The position numbers and the translations under genes are program-made. DNA of 64,000 bases from Chamberlinius hualienensis (Eukaryota). How positions within the stretch are numbered: position 1 is the first letter of the stretch; each line of letters begins with the position of its first letter. Under the pieces are notes generated by a model. That model was not told the origin of the DNA. It did no database searches and worked only from the letters and a program-made list of their open reading frames with translations. Location: NCBI GenBank assembly GCA_054772095.1, contig BAAGAE010000030.1, positions 151,335 through 215,334 on the forward strand. Direction: 5' to 3'. Of the stretch, positions 26,167-37,830 are shown one piece after another.

Positions 26167-27450
26167 ATGAAAATGGCGGTGGCATTAGGAAGTAGTCGGT
26201 TTGTTGAGTTAAGTAACTCAGTTTTAGTAAGTGTACATATTGTTGAAAAGCGGTGGCTAAAAATGGTTATCGAACATAATGAGATTCATATTTTAAGCTG
26301 CAAAAATGAAAACTCTCTGTCCAATTGTAGTGAAACTTGTGTAGTGAACAGCTGTGAATGCATTCGGGGATTTTTAAATCAAAACAATTATAATATCCAA
26401 ATGAAACGCAAGTATTGGCGTGTAAATATGAAATGTCAAGTATTCTTAGTGTTTGTGAATATTCTCCGCAACTCAAGCCACTTCAGAAGCACTGTGATAG
26501 AAGAAATTACTCGTAACTCCAGATTCTTTGCCTCTGGTTGGCATGACAAATGCAGTACTTTAGGAAGGACCCACTTTAATTTAAAGATTGTAGTTAATAA
26601 CGACTTGCCATACGACACAGATAAAGCTTGGTAAATGATACTTATGATGCATGCTATGAGGATGTAATTACATTGGATAATGTTATCGCATTACACAGGG
26701 CAAACCGATTGGGCACTTTAATTCAAGCAAAAATTGAATTAGAAGATGTCATGGCGTGGTTATCTACTCTAGGTGGAGCTTATTCGCAGTTGGCAGAATC
26801 AGAAGAGAGAGATTTTGAGCAACATGTATGAACTAATTCGAATCAAATATAAATTAATCTAGTATTTTAAATGACCAGAAATGAACCAAATAAGCTTTTC
26901 AGAGACTCAAAGTAATTTGAATTCTTTGGATAATATAACATGTAGTAAAATGAAGGAGACAATGAACGATTCGAAAGAACAAGGAAGACATTTTCGCTCC
27001 CCATTTATTAAATTAAAATGTTCATTCTGTCGGAGTTGGATATCGATGATGATTTATAAACTATTTAGCTTTTTAAATTTAGCTATTTAAGTTCTTCCTG
27101 GTCATTTAGAATTCCACTATTAACGGATCCCCAAATTGAATGATTTTTTTACTGTACCATTTTAGGCTATGACTGCTGGAAATATTTCAAAGCACCAGTT
27201 TCGTATCGCTCTTCAAATAGGTGATCCAACAATAATTGCCCGATGCAAGTTGTATTTGGCGCTAAGTATGATGCAACTAGGTCAAATTCGTCGACCCAAG
27301 CAAATTATTTTGGAGCAATACGAGTTTGCAAAATCATTGTCAGAAAATTGTCGTGACATTCGTTTAGAAAACATGTGTATAGGGCTGTGGGCCAAGTTGA
27401 AACATCAAGCTGCAACTCGACGAGCAATAAGACGAAGACCAAGTTAATGT
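26167..27450 (+). CDS. Unidentified conserved multi-exon protein-coding gene (3 exons at about 26167-26631, 26704-26824 and 27169-27450).
   Basis: In-phase GT-AG junctions (GCTTG|gtaaat ... cacag|GGCAAACC, CAACAT|gtatga ... ttttag|GCTATGACT) join ...DLPYDTDKAW-ANRLGTLIQAKIELEDVMAWLSTLGGAYSQLAESEERDFEQH-AMTAGNISKHQFRIALQIGDPTIIARCKLYLALSMMQLGQIRRPKQIILEQYEFAKSLSENCRDIRLENMCIGLWAKLKHQAATRRAIRRRPS*. I do not recognise the family. The first exon and initiator are uncertain. Confidence 0.45.
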
Positions 27451-27711
27451 TAGTAAAATTTTTATTTATGAATTATTGGTGAAAATTGTTGAGAAAAAAA
27501 GCTAAATAATAATAAAAAAAACCGTTTAACGTATTCGTACTAAAAAAATCCACAACTTAAAAGGTACGTTTTAAACTTTAGAATAATTAACTCTTTCACA
27601 GCAAATTTCCATCAGCCATAGTGAAGAGTTATGCTGTGCATTCAAATTTAAATTTAGTAAATTTTGGTGATTCGTGTCGACATCAAGTTGGGTCTAATAA
27701 ATTAACCGAAT

Positions 27712-29293
27712 TTACGAACTCGTAGGTGGTGCCAGACGAATGACGAATCCAATAATTTTGTGAGCAAAATTTCGAATGACCGCTGGACAGCTGGGATGAT
27801 TAATCTTCAACTCTGTTACCATTCGAAGCTCGTGAAATACATTTCTATAAAACATATGTAAACTTAAATCAAACTAGCATTGACAACAAAAAAAAAAAAA
27901 AAACATTCCATGGCATACAAATTCTGGGCCATAGTTATTAGTAAACAAAGTTAAATAAAATGCCAAAAACAATTTGGACAGAAGAGATTAAGTGCATTAT
28001 CTATTTAGAACAATTACGTTAGCATCGTTGTCATACCTTGCGTAAGGATTCCTTCTGGAAACGTAGCGCATGCTGAGGAACCGGTAATAAACAAATGGGA
28101 CCAAAAGACTTGCCCGTCCCCTAAAAATTAAGATTTTTTTCCCCAATGACTTTATAGTTCAGAAAATATAGATAAACTTACATGAAGATCATGAAAATCA
28201 TCAAGGGCATCAGAAATATTTCAGTGAATGCTATTAATCGTAAAATGTTTTTCTGCTGAAATTCGACCAATGAAATCAATATTCTTGCCCCCCACCAGGA
28301 ATTCTGTCCAAGTTGCTGTTAAAGACATTATTTTATAATCAATATAATAATATATGCGCAAGTCAGAACCCAATACAAAATATTCTGAATGTTTGATCGG
28401 GTCATCATTCATATGAATTTGTATTGATTACTAACTGAAACAGAATTTTGAATTTTAATTGCAATCGGTTATTAAAATTGAGGCCAATAACCTACGACCA
28501 TTAAAAAACATAATTCCGCATTTCCCGATTACAAGTGACTTCAATATCTTGAATAGCTTAAATATAAATAAAGACTTACATCCAGCAATGTTAGCGAGTA
28601 ACTGGCGGAATGTAGAACCGCAAAGAGAAAAATTGGTAGCAGTGCCACTGTGAAAGCAACATCAATATTAATTCAAATATATATACTGTAAATATATATT
28701 TTCTCGCATAGGAAAGTTAGTTTACGTGTAACTGGCGTTGAATACATGAAGATAAGTGAGTAGAATAAATAATGGCAGCTGTCTTCAAGCATCAGGATGG
28801 CCAAAAACTGACGATTGAATTGAACTCTTGGTAATCGTTGATGCAAACGAAGTGCACTGGTTGCTGCATTGCTAATTAAAGCGCGTTGGTAACTTAGTTG
28901 AGGGTTAAACCTATAGTAAACTTGTATTAAAACTAAATAGCTTACGATTTCGTCTTAATACTAATACCAGAATGCCAACAGCAAGTAGGAGATTGTGAAA
29001 AATGCTGTCAAAATGCGTGTTACCCATAATGCGAAATCAATTTTGTGACTATTTATGTGAGCCTACCAAAAATAATATCAGCAATTAAAATAATCAATTC
29101 GATCTTAGTTGAAGGTCGATTAATAGATTACGAGAAGTGAGGTGTCGACAATTGGTACATCAATTACACTAATGGCAATTAATAAATTAGGTCACAAGCA
29201 ATAAGATATCTACGTACCATAAGAGTGCCGACACCTTTAGGATTGTTAGAGGAATTTGGTTGATCTCGATTTGTAGCATCTGAATCGCTCATT
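27712..29293 (-). CDS. TMEM33: Transmembrane protein 33 (TMEM33/SHINC-3/Tts1 family), multi-exon. ATG at 29293 and stop at 27712-27714.
   Basis: Minus-strand exons give MSDSDATNRDQPNSSNNPKGVGTLM... Later exons give ...QKNILRLIAFTEIFLMPLMIFMIFM | GRASLLVPFVYYRFLSMRYVSRRNPYAR | NVFHELRMVTELKINHPSCPAVIRNFAHKIIGFVIRLAPPTSS*. These match human TMEM33 (NQQNILKFIACNEIFLMPATVFMLFSGQGSLLQPFIYYRFLTLRYSSRRNPYCRTLFNELRIVVEHIIMKPACPLFVRRLCLQSIAFISRLAPTVP). Confidence 0.8.
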
Positions 29294-30323
29294 TTCAATC
29301 TATTATAAATAAAAACCATATACTGTTAATTACTGATAGATAGAATAAGTGCACAATCGGTGTTTAGAACGCACGTTAACAACGCAAATATCTTGATAAG
29401 ATGCACTTACAATAACTTACCTATTAATTTATACTACCGGTATTGATTATAGATGTAACATTTATTCACACTGCAAATATATTAGTAACACTTACCTAAA
29501 AATGCAAACCAACAATAAATTAAATTTCACCAAAGACCTACGGCTAAAAGCGTTTAATGGTATTAACTGTACAGACAATTTATGATTCGATTTATTAGCG
29601 GCTGAAACGCCCTGATATCTACGTCATCACTTAAAGTGAAATTTTGTCGTCATTGTAACTTGTTTGCGCATGCACCCACTAGGAGGCGTAACTAGTCCTG
29701 CAGATTGCAATATCGAGTTCAAAAAAACTTAGCATCGCAGCCAAAGTATCGATACTTTTTGCGGGACTCCCTACGTACTTGTTTGAAATTCCAGTCGAAT
29801 ATTGATTGAATGAAAATAATTTACCACCGAGATATTTTATTTCATCTAATCAATGAATGATACAGTGAATACCCGCGGTTTAATGAGTAATTATAACATA
29901 TGTGTGTTTGACTATCACGCCTGGCTTTGGTGGTTATGTCTAGCAGATATCTAAAGTGGCATTAACGATTTTGTATGTGTTGAGCAAATGGATCAACGTA
30001 CAGCAAGGTGCATGATTGGTAAGTTTACGATTCTTTATACAATACATTTTATTTTTACCATGAACTACATTTAAGTTGTACACCCAACTGGCAGTGAGAA
30101 GTTCTAGTATGCTGTTGTTATACTACTACTTCAACAAAAACTTTATCAATACATTTGCTATTTATTTTTCATGATACTACACCAATGACTTAATAATGCA
30201 CTGTATATAAACGCTGGTAAATTATTATTTTTTAGTGTGCGTACAGTAAGACTTAGTAAGGTGCTGTATTAGTTTAAACACAACTTGTTATATTAAAGTA
30301 ATCGACGTTTTAGAAGGCAACAA

Positions 30324-33300
30324 TTACTCTAACTCGTCTTCGTCTGTTGACTTTCGGCGCTTAGGTTCAGGCATTCCAATGCTATTACCTCCAATAAATC
30401 CCATGGCAGTGCTGAAGAGGTTCAAAGGTGTTTTTCCATCGGTAATGATAGTGGATTTCAGCCCTAATGCTTGTAGCATCTTCACCTAGTTTTGAAAAGA
30501 AGGATTAATACTTTTTAATGCTATTTTCTCAATTGATAACATTTACCTGTTGATCAGGACCAGACAAGGCAATGGCGCGGATAGTGTCGGATCCCAAAGC
30601 AGAAACCATGTCCTGGAACTTCTGCACTTCGATACCAGCCAAATTCTTCATTTTCAGCACTTCTAAATTATTTTGCTCAGCTAGGTAAGATATTTCAGCT
30701 TCTCTGGCTTTACGCAGGCGAGATAATTCAGATTCCTTAATGACCGACAATTAGTTTTGTACAAAATTTTGACTAGAATGGCAAATTCTTACCGCTTCAA
30801 TTGTCTGAGCTTCAGCTTTCAGTTTGGCCTGTTCAACAGCCGCTTCTCCTTCGATCTTGGCAGATTCTGCTCTGGATTTAGCCTCGGCAGTTGCTTGACC
30901 ACAACTTTCCACAGCTGAACTTGCAGCTTGCAATTCCAAGAGTTCTTTCCTGGCTTTTTCTGCTTCAGCTTCATCATTGATTCGCTGTCTTTCTAAGCGA
31001 CCTTTAGCCTGCTGTTCAATCCTTTGAGCTTCATGTCTGTATTACAATTATAAACTTTACTAAGAAAAAAAAAAGTATATTCAACTAGTGGAAAACCTGG
31101 CGGCAGCTTCTTGCGAGTTGGTGGTAATTTCAATAGCCAATTGCACGGATTTTTGAAGAGAATCTCTGGTTCGTTGATCCACCGGTTCAACACTCTGAAT
31201 ATCAACGCTGGTTATGACAAGGTTATTCTGTGGGAAATTAAAACTGCGACGAATTTTTTTGTTTTCATCTACACCAAACACAGCCGAACGAATCAAGTGA
31301 GCAGAACTCTATAAAGAATATTAAAAGGCTATTTACAAATTGAAATTGGTACAGCCAGCCGCAACTCGTCTTGCCTTATGAAAATCATCAAATGGAACTC
31401 CTGCGACCGCTCCACGAATTCTCGATGCAATGGCTTTACAAGCGTCACCGATGAAGTCAGGAATGCTGAAGAGTTTTGCTGCATCATCAGATGTTTTCTT
31501 ACCAAAATCAAAATGCCTGCAAAAATATGTGCATATACGTGTAAATCAAAAAGTTTCAGCAATCAGCGAATTTTGTACCAGTTGTATGCCAGCTGCAGTT
31601 GAAGTCTAGCGTGATCTGAAGTTTCAACTACTATGACATCCGTGCAGAAATCAGGTCCCAAAAGAAGACACAAAGCTTTGATGGTATTAGGACGCTTGGG
31701 TTTTCCACCTGACAAGCTTAACTGAGTAAATTGTTCATCAGGATTTAGCATCACAAGATCAGGACCAAATATCACTCTGAAAGAAAATGTAGTTATTTTT
31801 ATTAGCTGGTTTTAACCAATGTCTAATTATTCCACTCTTCTACCTTGCTTGCTTTTCTTTGTAATCATAAACTTGAACAGCAGCATTATGCGGAACTCTA
31901 AATGTGACTAGCTTAGTTTTATCTCTCTTTTGAGGTTGGGCCGTTCCTGAACGTTCTCCTCGATCTGCCAGAGGATCTTTACCGGAGATTAATAATTGCT
32001 CAACGTTGGGTGGGAGTTGCTTTTCCCATAATTCTTCGTCTTGATTCAACATGTAAGTACTGCCAATTATAGCTCTGACCTAAAAGAAATTATATAGTAA
32101 CACGGTAAATTGTGTACAATCGTATAAGTTACTTTGCCAGTTTTAATATCTCGAACATATATTCCTTCATTTTCATCGAGTGGTATGGCCGATCGTTTGG
32201 TTACAACTTCAACTTGGACAGGGGGAACGTATTCGGTAGGGCCTCTTATCATCCAACGATCACCAGGTTGCCTGAGGACTGTCTAAAATGTTACAAGGAT
32301 TTTTCAGTCTAATAATTGAATCAGTTCCATATGGCGACGAAACTTGAGATTACCGGGTTTAAATTGTAATCTGTAAAAGCTTCGTTTGCTTTCAAAATTA
32401 GTCCTTCAGTCTCACTTAAGATGTAAACATTTTGAATGCTATTCTCCAGATGCTCTCCAGGTTGTAAGAAGAATGATTTTTCACCCTAGAACGTTTATGT
32501 GTTTACATAGAAATATTTATTTTTAAAAAAATAACCATTACTAACCTTGACTAATTTCTTCTGACCAAATCGAGGTTTTCCATCATCACCAATTGGATCA
32601 ACAATAACACAGTACTGTCTATTTGTCAGTGTTGTTATTGGAACTACACCTTCAACTACTTCATAAACATTCGGAATGTACGTCTCTGTTTCATTTAAAG
32701 TGATCAACCATTCTTCTCCATTTTTACGTTCTATGCCAAAATCATCTTTAAAACTTTTTATAGCCTTAACATGAACGGCCTCCTGAAATAAATAAAAAAA
32801 GTCGTTAATAAAATAAATTCTCAAGTGACAATTTGTATCGTTAATCACACCTTTTCGGTGAGGACGTAAGCATTGACTAATTCTATAACTTCCTCGTAAG
32901 CACCGGGCAAGTAAGCACCTATTCTTCTAACCAACCACATTTCACCTGTTATGCGTTGATTACCGTCTCGATCTTTGGTATTCATCCGAGCTTGCAATTT
33001 TAGTGCTTGATTAGCATTAAGTACCGTTGCACGAATTGTTTCAGTAACTTCTATCTCGACTCTCGGAATATATGTTCCTAAGTTCAGTTAATTAATGTTA
33101 ATCTTAAGGTTATAATTTAGTTATTTCCTTGAGAGACGTACCGGGACCTTCGAAGAGCCATTCATCACCAGCTGTTCTTTTAACTCCATCGGCGTCAATA
33201 AAATCGCGAAGGGCAGCTAAACGGAAAGCTGAATTGGCTGGAACTGTTTGAAGTAAAGTTACTGGTTTAAAGAGAATTTCTCCAGGATAGAGAGGGAAAG

Positions 33301-33679
33301 GATCTTGCTCCAAGCGAACTTCTTTATCAGCATGTTTTAGTTTCACCTGTCCGCTGGAATCAAATATCGGTTTTTTGTTGTCGTCGACAACAATGGGATT
33401 GTCAACTATACAATAATGACGAGGGGGGATAACAATCATTCGTTCCGGGCCCAAAATAACTCTGTAACGAAAAAATAAATTTTACGATATTCATCTCGGT
33501 GGTTGTAGACGATTTTGTGATGGGTTTTTTTAATACCTTTCATTATCCTGTCGCACAAAAGTTTTCGGACCAGTTTCGACTCTTGTGACGTTGGCGGTTT
33601 GATCCAGAACATGAATGTAGAAATGTGGTGGAATTCTGATGATGGAATCATCGTTTTGGCGCCTTCCCTGGTTTGCCAT
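30324..33679 (-). CDS. MVP: Major vault protein (MVP), about 15 exons, near full length. ATG at 33679 ([48 protein letters not shown]) and stop at 30324-30326 (...[17 protein letters not shown]).
   Basis: Minus-strand exons match human MVP throughout. Repeat domains: [98 protein letters not shown] and [40 protein letters not shown]. Shoulder: [67 protein letters not shown] and [41 protein letters not shown]. Cap-helix: [47 protein letters not shown]...[27 protein letters not shown]. Confidence 0.9.
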
Positions 33680-36600
33680 TTTCAAAATGGTTTAGATGTT
33701 GGTTCGCTATTATATATGGCGAAAAAAAACGTATTAAATTCAAGCACAGAATCGAAAACACGCACTCTGTATTGACAGTGATGGAACAAACTGCATATGA
33801 TTCGGTATCACTGCCTTATGATGATGATACAATGTGGTGCAATAATGCCTGCTGTAGATGAATGATATGAGTACGCCCATTTCATTTGTCATACAGAGAA
33901 TAATGATAGAATATGACTATTCAGTATTTTCCTTAAACGAGTACTTGTTTTTAAATATTTAAGTAGCGAATAGCTTAACTTACACTGATAAAATACAAAC
34001 GTCAAATCCCTTTTCTTGGAAGTTTACAGTATGCTGCTTAAGGAAAACAAAGTATTTGTTTAATATTGTTGTTGACCTTGATAGCAGTGTCGTAGAAGAA
34101 GCTGCAGTGGTGTCGGGGAAAAAGGAAAATCAACAGGAACTGCCGTAATCGCCGGTTATTGTGACGTTTTGTTGATTTGATTAAACAAGTTACATAGCAA
34201 CTATATCTGAGCAACGCCAGTCGATTGATACTTTATAACAATCAATTGACACAATTTTACTCGCATTATTAACTTAATAAAAGTCGATATACAGCGTAGG
34301 TCTTTTTTCATGTTTATATTATAAAAATGAATTATCGAATGTCTTTTTTTTAAACGCCAGTGTGTACCTAAGGAGTTAGTTTATTTTTTTTTAAATGTGT
34401 TTGTTGGTTAATTTTAGAAAATATAATTTATTACCTGATAAACTAATGTGAGTGATTTTTCAAATTGCATTACTTTAAGTCGTATGTAAAGTCGGTCGAT
34501 CGATTTATAGTTAGAAAAAAAACATACTGTAGATGTCTTTCGTATTGCATTTGGTCGATTCTTGGGAATCAGTAATTTTTGTTTTTAATTATCGCAGTAC
34601 TTTTTCTAATATACGGTAGCTGTTCTAACGATTTTGATGCGTAAAAATCGTGCATTTACGACATCGATCATGTTTTGCTGTTGGCTTTGTCTTAAATTTA
34701 TTAAGTTAAAGGACTTTAATGAACTAGTTGACGAAAACTAGCAACAAAATCATTCCCGCAATGGTTTTAAATCTGTAACTATACGCCTAGTTAGTGGATC
34801 TTCCGCCAGATGACGGCCAATTTGTAATGGGAGTGTATCACCTTTGAAAATCCATGCAGGCTTTGGTGTTACGCAGTCCAGATGCTGATTGTAGTTCATA
34901 ATTGTAGGAAGCTTCGTCAATGCCTGTGTGCTTAATAAATCGAAATAAGCGGCATTTGATTTAATGATTTAGCTGGTGTTTCGATTGTGGAACTTGTCAC
35001 TGTAGTAAGGGAAATCAAGTGTAAAGATTGTCCTCTGTCACATAAAGGTAAATTAAAACATGTATTTATATTGTATTTCGTGAAAGTATAAGACTGACTG
35101 CATGTAAGAAGAATGTGACCCGAATTTAAATATCAGAAAAATATCAAATTGATTACCGGCGGATCATAATACAATCACATAGAAAGAACCGTTCAATATC
35201 CATTTTAATATCAATAGGTGATTTACTCTGTCGCGTCCGTCGAGCTGCATGAATCTTTAAGAATGGATTTTTATTTTCTTTCTAGTTAAATAAAAAAAGA
35301 AACTTAGACTTTGACAGTTTAGCACGTACTACAGTGGGAATGAAATTATTAAAATTAATTATGATAATGCGTTTTGTTGTGAATGATGTGTGTCATTTCA
35401 ACGAATCTGTCAGTAGTAATTAATTTTGACGTGGCCTATATACTGTGCTCTTAACGTATTCGAAGTGATAGTGGAGAAATTACAGATAATAGTCGCCAAT
35501 TGTTCTATACTGTTTGAGTAGAATACCGTATAAGATAACGAATTGATAATGAAGTTTTGTAATAACAATTTTAGATTTGTGATTTGTTTACTCTAATGAA
35601 AACTAAGTTATCTGAAAAGGAAATCCTCTTGAGCAACAGCGTTTCTTCTGTGCGTTATATTCCGTGTCTTAATACCATTTTTGTTCTTATTTGTATATTT
35701 TGCACTTTGGTGTTTGCGGCGCTTTCTTTTAAACCATTAGAACAGGGTGTGTTGAATCGAATTTTGAATGAAATTTACCAGTGACTGTCAAGCACAACCA
35801 ATTTTGAGAAATATCAGGACCTGGCAAATCGCGGTAAATATACTGTCGAAAAATAAACAGCCGAAATTCACTACTCGTAGCATTTTATTTTCTTTACTTT
35901 TTCGTTTGCCAAATTCTAAATGTTTCAGGTAAACATCTGATAAAAATGGACCGTGATTATAGTTATCCTGTCAGTTACAGTATAAACGATGCGTCGAAAT
36001 CTTTCTAGGTTAAGTTAATGATTTTTAGTTTGGTTTAGTTATTAACTGTACTTTGTATTTGATGTGATGGCCGTGTAGCCTACTCCGGATACTTATCATG
36101 GAATTTTTACCCACATAGAAGAAACATTAAGCGAACTACTTCCGTTTCTTTTCCAATGCAGTTTTTATTTCCATCATTTCAGTTTTACTTTACTGTTGAT
36201 ATCTTTCATTACACAGGAAGTTATTAAAGAAAGTTATCTTTTTACCAGAAATATCTGGCAATGGTAGTTCTTAAAATTGTAAATAGCTACAGAAGATCCT
36301 CTTTTTGAAATAATCGCCAAAATTACTGGGAAAGAGTAATTAGCAGCGGTATAACTAATCGCATTTTACGATCTACTAAGTGACTCATTCGAGAACGTTT
36401 AATGCTTTTTTTGCTTTGTAAACAAAAGTACGTAATTAGTTTATTTTTCTTTTTGTTACACAGTATTTAAACAAGGTAGTCAAAAGTCGATGAATGTAGA
36501 TTGAGTTGTGACGTGATAGTATTTAGTTAAACGTCAATAATGTTGACTGTCAACATTCGGGGATTCTTTTTTTTTTTTTTTACTTCATTTTTGTTACATT

Positions 36601-37812
36601 AATGTTGGCGGAACATTTCCATGCCTTGACATTACCGACACTTAACTACTGTTTTAATGACTGTTATTAATTAGTTAATTAGATATTTGCAACGTCTAAC
36701 TATTAATCTACTGTCTATTAGTTGTTTATTTATGAAATAATATACTGCACATAAAAATCGTGCGAAAGGCCTATTCACGTAAACTGCTGTACGTACATCA
36801 AGTTTCGATTAAAGCCGTAGACTAGTGGCATAAAATAAAATCGTGCGTCATTAATATTCATAAGTCAAACACATAAAAATATATTTGCATGACTGTAATA
36901 TATAAATGTAGCATACAGTACAGTTCAGTTTGGATATACCATGCAAAATTCTGTTGGTAAATTTTTTTTATTTACTAGTAACCGTTTCCATGGCATATCG
37001 GGCTAAGCTATATTACTGTACTTGTTTTAAAAAATCGCAGTAGTTAGCATTTAATAATAAGTATTGTTTACATGAATATAATTTTACTCTTGTTATGCTT
37101 AGTGGCGTCATCGCGTTGTATCATGTACGTGAGAGCGTATACATTGTAAACATGCATGTGGCTGAACTTGGATAACGGCAGTTTGTAAGCCGCCAAAACG
37201 TAAGGGTCGTTTTTCGTTCACAGCTGCTTTCTAAATGTCAAAGGTAGTTGCTATTGGATTAGTCGATGCGCACTGTGCCGTCAAAGGGACGTAGAGGAAT
37301 TGTTGCTGCCTCGGCTGAAGAAGCGACGGCTGTTGCTTAGGCGGCTGATGCTCGAATAGTCAGAACGATGCTCATTATATCGAATGCTCTTGTGAACACC
37401 CAAACACACGTATATAACATATATACGTAATGTACACATACAGTACATACGAGTTTAATATTTGTAACGATTGATTTAGGACACGTACACGTATTCATAC
37501 GTTCATGCGAGAGAAATAGAATTTTTCTGGTTGGAGGAATCGATGATTGAAGAAAAAAAAGTAAAAAGAATCGGAGAATTTGTAGTTGCAAGGAGTTAAA
37601 GGATTTTATTTATTTATTGTTTGCCCTTTCTAAAGGAGCATACACACACACACCATATGCACATTTGTCTGGAGTTATTCAGAGAAACGTGAGATCGATT
37701 TATTTGATACTATATAAAATATTGAATGCTATTTTAGAAATTGTATTGATTTTTACTTCGTTTAAGTTTTAAGTTGTGTATTTGACGTGGAAAGTTATAT
37801 TTTTGCTTTGAC

Positions 37813-37830
37813 GGGGGGGGGGGGGGGGGG
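37813..37830. repeat. G18 homopolymer (C18 on the other strand) in the gene-poor region upstream of PITPNM.
   Basis: Direct reading: tttgacgggggggggggggggggggatttag. Confidence 0.85.

Noticed and set aside
29560-29720. Possible NRF1-like GCGCATGC motifs (29667, 28062, 13463, 9671)
   Set aside because: Each is a partial match (tgcgcatgcac, agcgcatgctg) rather than the full GCGCATGCGC palindrome. They are too degenerate to call individually.
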